The notes under the pieces were generated by a model. That model saw only the letters and a program-made list of their open reading frames with translations. It was not told the origin of the DNA and ran no database searches. Positions 38,663 through 45,844 of a stretch of 64,000 nucleotides of DNA are shown here, piece after piece. The stretch is from a virus, in IMG/VR virus record IMGVR_UViG_3300045988_113306; one strand, 5' to 3'. The stretch's first letter is position 1, and every line of letters begins with the position of its first letter. The position numbers were made by a program, and so were the translations under genes.

Positions 38663-39755
38663 TTACAATGCCATCGGCATACAAAGAATAACTCTGTCGG
38701 GATTGATAGAATCCTTAATCACGATGGGACGCGAAGCGTCGGTCAATTCCACCGTGACTTCTTCGGAACTGCAAGCGCCAACGCAATCCAAAAAGAATTT
38801 TGAATTAACGCCGAACACAATCTCGGCATTTGATGTGCATGAAAGCGTTTCTACGGACTTTTGCAACTTATCCATGTTGTCGGCCTGAACATCCATTGCG
38901 AGAGCGTTTACCTTGATTTTCACCAATTGGCTGTTAGGAGCGAAAAGGGCAGCACGCTGCATTGATTCAACGAGGTCGGACTTGTCACACACAATGTCAA
39001 TTGAATGGGATTGCGGTATAGCTCTTTGGTACTGCGGGTAAACGCCCATAGTTTGCAATGTAAATATCGTTGTGGCGCCTATTCTGTATGACACATTACG
39101 TTCCGACACTTTTACGATTACGGATTCCTGTCCCTTGCACGCCTTTACGAGCGATGAAAACACCGCTGGCTCAATGTACCATTCCACATCGGGATTGTCG
39201 ACATCTACGGATTTGGAGTCAATAAACATCTTTCGCGTATCAGTTGCGCACACAGTGAACACGCCACCCCTTCATTATCGCACGAATGGGTTTTATTTGC
39301 GGTCGCAAAACATCGTCACCGACGAAATTCTTTGCGGCTACGATAAACTCTGCTAATACAGAAGCCGGGATGCTTACATCGGTTGTTTCATCGTCCTGCT
39401 TCGGTTCCACGAACTCGTCGTTCGGCAATGTCATAAAAGAAGCAGTGCCTCTTCCATGCTTTACAGTAAGCTGTCCATCGCTTATCGTCAAAGTCAAGGT
39501 TTCTCCCTTAGTCTTAACTACGAAAGCGGTAAGAATCGCACAATCCACAAGGAACTCTCCGTCTTGGTCTATGCTTTCGGCCTCGACGTATTTCCTGATT
39601 GATGTTTCAGTATCAGTGGGCTGCATCCTGATTTTGTTGCCCTTTGTGACAAACTTGATGTTGTTGAGTATGGACAACGGAGTTTTCTTTGAGGCCAACG
39701 GAGCCAATTCCATCAACGCCTCACTTAACACTGAACGTGATATTGTTATCTGCAT
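38663..39755 (-). pseudogene. dnaN: DNA polymerase III beta sliding clamp, split by a frameshift near 39262-39270
   Basis: Two abutting ORFs (39240..39755 and 38663..39262). Joined, they read ..LRPQIKPIRAIMKG / VFTVCATDTRKMF.., a clamp-like pattern. The break is at AAGGGGTGG. Confidence 0.7.
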
Positions 39756-39860
39756 AAAATAAAAATTCCTTGCTTTCGTCGGGCGTCTTGCACTCACCCA
39801 ACTACTTACAAGGATTATACGTTTTTCCATCCACAGGTGCAAGCTGTGACTTTGTATCGG

Positions 39861-39892
39861 CAAAGATAATACAAGTTTATGACTTTTCCAAG
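39861..39892 (-). promoter_or_regulatory. promoter CTTG-N20-TATCTTTG
   Basis: Plus strand CAAAGATA 39861-39868 and CAAG 39889-39892, upstream of the clamp gene. Confidence 0.5.
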
Positions 39893-39947
39893 AGAATTCT
39901 ATAAATTTCTTCCAAAAGTTGCCGATTGCTCAAATTCGGAATGTCAT

Positions 39948-40124
39948 CTATCTTCTTTTGACGTATCTCTTGCTTTTGTTTTCTGAGCTCTTGTGTTCAA
40001 GTCTTATTGATTCGTTGTTCAAAAATTCGTTGTTCAAAAAAGCGAATCGGTGCGCTTGTGTTGGGTCTTCATTGAACCGGCCGTCAATCATACCGCCGTA
40101 TGGATTTAAACAATTGTATGACAT
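39948..40124 (-). CDS. hypothetical small protein
   Basis: Start trimmed to MSYNCL, 1 nt after the upstream stop. Confidence 0.35.
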   Translation of the reverse strand: MSYNCLNPYGGMIDGRFNEDPTQAHRFAFLNNEFLNNESIRLEHKSSENKSKRYVKRR

Positions 40125-40125
40125 A

Positions 40126-40674
40126 TCACTCAACGTTTTCAAAATCATTATCCTTAATAGCCATGACGGTCATGACGCAGTAGCAGGCAAGGTCTTTCAA
40201 CGTGTCATAAACACTCTCGTCGGGGACTTCATTCTTTGCCCCAAGCAAAAGGTTCTCCAAACGGTTGAACTTGTCCGATATTCTTGTCAAAGCGGATATG
40301 AGCCCGTATTTGCGAACCGAAATGCTAAAACTGTCGCCGTATGTCGCGTTCTTGGCTTCATAGGTGCCAACCATCTCGTTGACGATAGCTTGGAATCGCA
40401 CAACATTGGGATTCACCGGGTTCTTTGGAACAGGGGCGGCGAGCTTGCTCAACCATTCAGGGCGAAAGTCCGCAGACAACCCATAACCCCCAAGTGCCAC
40501 TCTGACGCATCCGTTGGCTGGGTTGGGATTTTCCACCACTGTGCCCTTATAACCCATGTATTCACATCTATGAATATCCGTGTCGATGACTTGTACCCTG
40601 TCGCCGACTTTAAGCTCTGACTTTGGTGGCTCAACGGTGTATGCCACTCCATAAGGGGCTTGTTCCTCGCTCAT
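40126..40674 (-). CDS. hypothetical protein (C-terminal helical domain, possibly nucleotide-modification associated)
   Basis: 182-aa ORF. C-terminal ..YGDSF..RISDKFNRL.. loosely recalls DUF1599/MazG-like helical domains (weak). Confidence 0.5.
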   Translation of the reverse strand: MSEEQAPYGVAYTVEPPKSELKVGDRVQVIDTDIHRCEYMGYKGTVVENPNPANGCVRVALGGYGLSADFRPEWLSKLAAPVPKNPVNPNVVRFQAIVNEMVGTYEAKNATYGDSFSISVRKYGLISALTRISDKFNRLENLLLGAKNEVPDESVYDTLKDLACYCVMTVMAIKDNDFENVE

Positions 40675-40850
40675 GGCTGCCCGAAGTTTTTGAGTATGTA
40701 TTGTGGGTCAAACTCGTCAATCCTACCGTCGGAAAGACGCAACAGCACGTTGCCATTGTCAAGAAACGCCTTGACTTGTGCATGTTCCTTTACCGATGAA
40801 CCGCTCTGTAGCAGAACGCGGTCGCAAAATTTTAAATCTGAAATGTTCAT
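40671..40850 (-). CDS. hypothetical small protein
   Basis: 59-aa ATG ORF, just below the track cutoff. Its TGA overlaps the downstream ATG. Confidence 0.45.
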   Translation of the reverse strand: MNISDLKFCDRVLLQSGSSVKEHAQVKAFLDNGNVLLRLSDGRIDEFDPQYILKNFGQP

Positions 40851-40861
40851 GTACCTAAATT

Positions 40862-41104
40862 TTAATTTCCATAGCCCTCAAACTCCAATGCAGCTTTACG
40901 GGCCTCGTTTAATTTATCGACTATTACGGACACTGAAGCATCCTTGGCTACCTCGGCGAAAGCATATCCTTGATGCGTCAAAAATACCGTCCCGTTTCGC
41001 TCAACCACCTTGAAATCCGACTTGATGTTGTTCATTTCGGTCTTTCGGGCCTCATTCTTGTGGTCATTCCACCATTGTACCAGCTTGCTCATTCTCTTGT
41101 TCAT
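40862..41104 (-). CDS. hypothetical protein
   Basis: Track ORF trimmed to an internal Met (MNKRMSKL) to reduce overlap; start uncertain. Confidence 0.4.
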   Translation of the reverse strand: MNKRMSKLVQWWNDHKNEARKTEMNNIKSDFKVVERNGTVFLTHQGYAFAEVAKDASVSVIVDKLNEARKAALEFEGYGN

Positions 41105-41264
41105 TTTCCTGTTCGTAAATTTCCTCGTATTCCACATCTTGAGCATCTGCCATGTCGCGGAGATGACGTTGTGGACTGTAATAGCTATCAATATAGCCAA
41201 ATCCCGTGTTTGCCACGGGGATTCCGTTTATATAAATCACGCTCATAATATCATATAGGTTCAT
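41064..41264 (-). CDS. hypothetical acidic small protein
   Basis: 66-aa ORF with an EQENEQENEQ tail; overlaps both neighbours. Confidence 0.35.
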   Translation of the reverse strand: MNLYDIMSVIYINGIPVANTGFGYIDSYYSPQRHLRDMADAQDVEYEEIYEQENEQENEQAGTMVE

Positions 41265-41583
41265 TTAACTGTTCGCACAATTCTTCCGCACACAACTCTG
41301 AATACTTCCAATCGGCATCCGAGAAATTTCGGATTATTACGTAATGGTCGGGATAGTGACGGAACTTCTTGATTACTAAACATATTCCTAATGGATTTAA
41401 TTTCTCCACCTCAAAATAACAGTCGTTCGGCGACACTGTTCGCCCTAACTCCTCACAGATGTGAAATTCATCTTCCATTGATTGAATTTCGTTGGTATAA
41501 TGAACATACTGCCACACGCACAATACTGCCAATGCGACTATCGGTATGCTCATAAGCACAATTACGTTTATATAGTCCTCCAT
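41251..41583 (-). CDS. hypothetical protein with N-terminal TM
   Basis: 110-aa ORF starting 2 nt after the dcm stop. Confidence 0.5.
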   Translation of the reverse strand: MEDYINVIVLMSIPIVALAVLCVWQYVHYTNEIQSMEDEFHICEELGRTVSPNDCYFEVEKLNPLGICLVIKKFRHYPDHYVIIRNFSDADWKYSELCAEELCEQLNEPI

Positions 41584-41584
41584 G

Positions 41585-43051
41585 TCAAAAAAATGTTAGT
41601 TGTTGTTCTTGATTTTCTTTATCAATGAATAATTTGTAAAAGATATGATATAATACATCGACCACGATAGAATTGCCTGCCAATGCGTAAATCGCCGTGT
41701 TTGATATTCCACAGGTACAAATTGCCTTAATGTCATCCTCTGAAACGGCCATTAAGCGCAAACACTCCGATGGCATGAGCTTGCGTATGCGCCACAACCA
41801 TCCGTCCTTGACGTAATACGCCCTGCCGCTTTCGGAGTCAACCAATACTTGGTCGTTCGCCATTTCATGCTCATCACATAAAATGGAGGAGGGTAAAAAT
41901 GTATTATCTACCAGCTCTTTCACATAATTGTTACGTTCAAACGCCGACGCCTTCACGCACGGTGCAATCTCCGATTCGCCGCCCTCAAAATAGCCATGAG
42001 GAAGCGACAGGATGACGGGCTCGAGAACTTTCGGCATCCTATTGCCGCCTGCACATGTGTCAAGGTTTGGAGAAATGCCGTTGATGTCGTATATTCGCCC
42101 AGACTGCGGATTGCCAGAGCCGGGATAGAGTTGCATTATCTCCCACAAGCATGGTTGTCCCGCTTTTGCATCATGCGCAGTCAACGTGGGCGCCACATCA
42201 AAATTAATGCTCCTATATCCCCTGAATTCCATTTTACGGCATAGGGGATGCAAACTTATGCCAATGATTGGCATCTGAACATACGGGTCTGTTTCACGTT
42301 GCCCGTATCGAGCCAAGATGGTACTCGCGATGCCGTCTTGTTTGCAGAATTGAGTCTTAAACCCACATCCCTCGGATTGTTTCTTGTCGCAATGTTCAAT
42401 AACTCGCGACAATTGCTTAGCTGTTAAATAATAACTTTCAGGCACGGTTGGTTCAAGATAATCTTTCAACCGTTTCTCCAATTTGAACGGTTTGGGGAAA
42501 TAATACTGGTAGGTGCAGTCAAGTATTGACACCATGAATAAACGTTCACGGTGCTGAGCTACGCCATAGTCACGGGCATCAAGAACTGAACAAAAATTTG
42601 TATATCCGTAGCTTTCCAGCTCGTGCTGCCATTTATTAAAAATTTTGACATGCTTGCGGTTCTTGACGGCCGCGACATTCTCAAATAGGATATATTTGGG
42701 CCTCTTGGCGAGAATCGCCTTACGACACTCCCACAACAATGACGAGCGAGTATTGCTGCCCTCCAAACCGCCTTTGCCTCTGCCAGCGACGGAAAAATCT
42801 TGGCAAGGCGACGACATCGTGAATATGTCAAAATCAGGCACAGCCACCCAATCTATGTGACGTATGTCGCCGAAGCACGGTACGGCTCCATGTACGGATT
42901 CATACGCCTTGATGGCCGTTGATTCTATTTCCGATGTGCCGACATAATCAAACTCAACCTTATTTGGGTAATTGGCAAACAAGCGTTTCAAAGCCATTGC
43001 TTGCGCACCAATCCCGCTAAAAGCCTCAAACACTCTTAGTTTCATCCCCAT
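41585..43051 (-). CDS. dcm: DNA (cytosine-5)-methyltransferase
   Basis: FSGIGAQ (motif I), PCQDFS (IV), ENV (VI), QHRERLF (VIII), AGNSIVV (X). Confidence 0.9.
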   Translation of the reverse strand: MGMKLRVFEAFSGIGAQAMALKRLFANYPNKVEFDYVGTSEIESTAIKAYESVHGAVPCFGDIRHIDWVAVPDFDIFTMSSPCQDFSVAGRGKGGLEGSNTRSSLLWECRKAILAKRPKYILFENVAAVKNRKHVKIFNKWQHELESYGYTNFCSVLDARDYGVAQHRERLFMVSILDCTYQYYFPKPFKLEKRLKDYLEPTVPESYYLTAKQLSRVIEHCDKKQSEGCGFKTQFCKQDGIASTILARYGQRETDPYVQMPIIGISLHPLCRKMEFRGYRSINFDVAPTLTAHDAKAGQPCLWEIMQLYPGSGNPQSGRIYDINGISPNLDTCAGGNRMPKVLEPVILSLPHGYFEGGESEIAPCVKASAFERNNYVKELVDNTFLPSSILCDEHEMANDQVLVDSESGRAYYVKDGWLWRIRKLMPSECLRLMAVSEDDIKAICTCGISNTAIYALAGNSIVVDVLYHIFYKLFIDKENQEQQLTFF

Positions 43052-43136
43052 AAATACAAATCGGTTAGAATGGCAACGAGAAACATCATCGAGCGATTAC
43101 GGTCGCCGAAAAGAAGCCAAAGGATGTAATCTTTAT

Positions 43137-43595
43137 TCATAGCTCACATGGATAATAAGTGAAACAATTCTGAAAACGCTCATGCACGAGGTCTATCACA
43201 TTTTCCTCCCAGCACGGCACAAAATTCACGATGGCAAAGCTGTCATGCTCTATGATGTAGTTGTTTAGGAACTCGGACGCCGAGCATTTGTAAGTGGTGC
43301 AATTGGGAGCGCAAAACATCTCGTCTGCAAGGATGTCTATTGCATGATAGGACTTAAAATCGACAAAGAAAAAAGACTGCGCGTTGTAGCCGCAACCGAA
43401 ATCATAAATAATAGTGTCCTTGGGAAGCATCTTTGAGAGATGCCAATAGTATTGTACAAAGCCCATGAAACCGCAGTTAATACTGGCTGAGGCATCGCCG
43501 GAGAAAACTTTGTCTATCTGCTCTTTAGGTATTATACCACATAGATAATGTGACAGCTCCTCATTGGTTGGGTTCAGGGGGTCGGAGAACTCCAT
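43137..43595 (-). CDS. hypothetical protein (weak SAM-MTase-like DFGCG motif)
   Basis: Start trimmed to MEFSDP. IIYDFGCGYNAQ resembles class I methyltransferase motif I (weak). Confidence 0.45.
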   Translation of the reverse strand: MEFSDPLNPTNEELSHYLCGIIPKEQIDKVFSGDASASINCGFMGFVQYYWHLSKMLPKDTIIYDFGCGYNAQSFFFVDFKSYHAIDILADEMFCAPNCTTYKCSASEFLNNYIIEHDSFAIVNFVPCWEENVIDLVHERFQNCFTYYPCEL

Positions 43596-43686
43596 AGCAA
43601 ACAAAATCCCCGAATGGGGCCGTTACACACCCAAACGAGGCTTTAGAAGGTTAAACTTGCGGTAACGGACGCAAATATAGTCTTAG

Positions 43687-43759
43687 TGGCGGGAGCAGGA
43701 ATCGAACCTGCGACCTCTGAGTTATGAGCACAGCGAGCTTCCGACTGCTCCATCCCGCG
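43687..43759 (-). tRNA. tRNA with CAU anticodon, initiator-like 5' end
   Basis: Reverse complement CGCGGGATGGAGCAGTCGGAAGCTCGCTGTGCTCATAACTCAGAGGTCGCAGGTTCGATTCCTGCTCCCGCCA folds as a cloverleaf. CTCATAA loop, GTTCGATTCC T-arm, C1:C72 mismatch, no encoded CCA. Confidence 0.85.
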
Positions 43760-43775
43760 ATGTTGTTTTGTACGG

Positions 43776-43806
43776 CAAAGTTAACAACTTTTTTCGTAAC
43801 GACAAA
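43776..43806 (-). promoter_or_regulatory. promoter TTTG-N19-TAACTTTG for the tRNA
   Basis: -7 box ends 16 nt upstream of tRNA position 1. Confidence 0.55.
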
Positions 43807-43838
43807 AAAATCCACGCTATTTTCAACAAACGGCGTGG
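43804..43838 (-). terminator. intrinsic terminator
   Basis: Minus strand CCACGC-N15-GCGTGG followed by ATTTTTTT. Confidence 0.55.
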
Positions 43839-43880
43839 AAAAATTACTTAAATAACCTAAAATTAATACCTATGGAAACA
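43804..43880 (-). ncRNA. candidate ~75-nt small RNA (promoter-to-terminator unit)
   Basis: Bounded by the TATCTTTG promoter at 43886-43918 and the terminator at 43804-43838. No ORF. Confidence 0.3.
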
Positions 43881-43885
43881 AAAAG

Positions 43886-43918
43886 CAAAGATATGAAAAA
43901 CGGACGACTTTCACAAGC
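43886..43918 (-). promoter_or_regulatory. promoter CTTG-N21-TATCTTTG
   Basis: Plus strand CAAAGATA 43886-43893 and CAAG 43915-43918. Confidence 0.45.
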
Positions 43919-44046
43919 CATCCGCATAATTAATCACTTAAATCCAATATTATGATGAAAGAATTGCTATTTAGCTTTGACATACTCCCACGGCTAAAGC
44001 GCGTGGGATTCTTGTGTGCAAACGCAGGATGCCGTATCAGATACGG
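43895..44046 (-). ncRNA. candidate TnpB omega-RNA / IS right-end region
   Basis: Region spanning the tnpB 3' end and downstream. Hairpins CCGTATC-T-GATACGG (44030-44046) and CCCACG-N9-CGTGGG (43991-44011). Boundaries are guesses. Confidence 0.3.
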
Positions 44047-45124
44047 TCTTACTCCCGCTCCACAATTCGGAGATGCCCCTCCGAAGTATATTCTCAGCCG
44101 CATTGAGGTCGCGGTCGTTTACCTTGCCGCATTCGGGACATACCCATTCGCGGTCGCTAAGTTTCAATCCTTTGTTCACATATCCACACTCGCAAGTTTT
44201 TGAGGACGGATAGAATCTATCTATCTTATGAACCGTCACGCCATACTTTCGTGCAATGTGTTCAAGTCTGCCGACAAATTCAGCATGAGCCAAATCCGAC
44301 ATCTTGCGTCCCCACATTCTCGTCATGCCGAGCAACGATAAATCTTCAATGAAGATATAATCATATTTGCGGCACAACTCATGTGCGAGCTTCCACTGAA
44401 AAAACTCGCGTTTGTGAGTGATGTTCTCGAACTCGCGGCACACATCCTTGCGTCTGCGCTGTCGGTTATTCGAGCCTTTCTTGCATTTGGATAGTGAGCT
44501 GGATTTGCGCCTAACGTTGTCAAGGTCGGATTTTAAGAACTGTGGATTCCTTACGGTCGTACCGTCCGATAAGGTCATATAGGTCTTTAAGCCGAAGTCA
44601 ATGCCTACGGATGCACCATTGTGTGTCTTTCCGTATGCTTTCGGGTCTGCGTCCGTTGTGATTATCAGATAGTATTCACCGAGTCGTGAACGCTTGATTG
44701 CGATTCGTTTAACCCTGCCCTCATAAGGCCGCGAATAAGAGAATTTGAAACGCTTCTTGATTGTATTCACCGTCAATGCGTTCCCGTTCAAAGAGAATCC
44801 TCCCTGCTTATAGACAATAGAACAGAAGTCAATCGCTTTTCTGAATTTAGGAGGCCGTTTTGCCAGCTTCTTAAAGAAACGTTGATATGATGTATCAAGG
44901 CGTTCAAGAATCTCTTGTGTCGTCTGTGAATGTAGCAGAGTGCGTTTTATTCTCTTTGCATAATGCTTCTGCATCGCATTCTTTGAGATAAACTTACCAA
45001 ACAGCGAATAATACCTCTTCTGCAATGCAAGGGAGTGATTCCATACAAAGGAAGCCTCTCGCAGCATAGCCGAGAGATGCTTATTCCGCTTGGAATTATA
45101 GAGCTTATATTTGTACGAAATCAT
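43994..45124 (-). CDS. tnpB: TnpB (IS200/IS605-family OrfB, RuvC-like RNA-guided nuclease)
   Basis: Start trimmed to MISYKYKLY. RuvC residues in VGIDFG, IFIEDL and DRDLNAAENI; zinc finger CECG..CPECG. No TnpA nearby. Confidence 0.9.
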   Translation of the reverse strand: MISYKYKLYNSKRNKHLSAMLREASFVWNHSLALQKRYYSLFGKFISKNAMQKHYAKRIKRTLLHSQTTQEILERLDTSYQRFFKKLAKRPPKFRKAIDFCSIVYKQGGFSLNGNALTVNTIKKRFKFSYSRPYEGRVKRIAIKRSRLGEYYLIITTDADPKAYGKTHNGASVGIDFGLKTYMTLSDGTTVRNPQFLKSDLDNVRRKSSSLSKCKKGSNNRQRRRKDVCREFENITHKREFFQWKLAHELCRKYDYIFIEDLSLLGMTRMWGRKMSDLAHAEFVGRLEHIARKYGVTVHKIDRFYPSSKTCECGYVNKGLKLSDREWVCPECGKVNDRDLNAAENILRRGISELWSGSKTVSDTASCVCTQESHAL

Positions 45125-45127
45125 ATA

Positions 45128-45159
45128 CAAAGATAGTGATTAATTAACAGATATGCAAA
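45128..45159 (-). promoter_or_regulatory. promoter TTTG-N20-TATCTTTG directly upstream of tnpB
   Basis: Plus strand CAAAGATA 45128-45135 and CAAA 45156-45159. The -7 box ends 3 nt before ATG 45124. Confidence 0.6.
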
Positions 45160-45208
45160 TTATTAACCAACCCAAAACGGACTGTCGATATGAAATATGC
45201 CATATACT

Positions 45209-45844
45209 TTACCATTCGTAGCCGTCGTATTCGGACGGCTTTTGTTGTTGTTCTGTTGTTTGTTCTTTATTTTCCTTGGGAGTGAACCATCCCTCTTCGT
45301 CGCGGATTTCCTTGGCCAAGCCTATCTGATGCTCGCCGTAGTTAGTCCGCACGATGACTTCATGGCTGTTGCCGAAAGGATCCAAGAACTCTGTCTTGCG
45401 GAAGCTGAACTCAACGTATTTACGGCCCGTCATCCTATCGGTCTTGACGTCCTCCGGCTGTATGCTGTCAAGAAACAGCTTACCGTCACAAAAAATCTGT
45501 GTCATATTGTTTGTGTAATCTGCTTTTGGCGCTTCGACCATCACGAACGCATGTCCGAGCTTGTTTGACAAGTCAAAGTAACCGAGCGACTTCGCCCTGT
45601 CCACATTTTTGTTGTTTCGGTAAACCAAGCCGAATTTATGCGTGCGCAATTGAGGGTTCGGAGGTATCTCATTCATTCGGAAGCGGATAAACCAAGAGCC
45701 ATTTGCGGTATGTCCAATCTGCGCGTCGTCGCATGGGATTACAAGGCACGTTTTCTCCACGCCGTTAACCATTTCTTGCTTCTCCATGCAAAACGGCAGC
45801 TTGGATATGAAAAACGTACACATGTAATCAGCCATACAAATCAA
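45209..45844 (-). CDS. hypothetical protein, possible ssDNA-binding protein (paralogue of 48415..48771)
   Basis: 211-aa ORF with ATGA overlap to the ATPase. Block KTCLVIPCDDAQI.. resembles KRAVIIPIDTADI.. of 48415..48771. Acidic/aromatic tail EYDGYEW. Confidence 0.45.
   Translation of the reverse strand: MICMADYMCTFFISKLPFCMEKQEMVNGVEKTCLVIPCDDAQIGHTANGSWFIRFRMNEIPPNPQLRTHKFGLVYRNNKNVDRAKSLGYFDLSNKLGHAFVMVEAPKADYTNNMTQIFCDGKLFLDSIQPEDVKTDRMTGRKYVEFSFRKTEFLDPFGNSHEVIVRTNYGEHQIGLAKEIRDEEGWFTPKENKEQTTEQQQKPSEYDGYEW

Larger units (their letters stand above)
43840..45165 (-). mobile_element. solo-tnpB IS605-family remnant/element (ends not defined)
   Basis: tnpB plus flanking hairpins. No Y1 transposase and no recognisable terminal hairpin pair. 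Confidence 0.4.

Noticed and set aside
39919-40620. 233-aa plus-strand ORF. Similar long antisense ORFs at 45865..46461, 47113..47844 and 62991..63674.
   Set aside because: Each lies antisense to a gene with clear family motifs or operon context (40126..40674, the Rad50-like ATPase, the serine recombinase). Each has a low-complexity Leu/Val/Ser/Arg-rich sequence.
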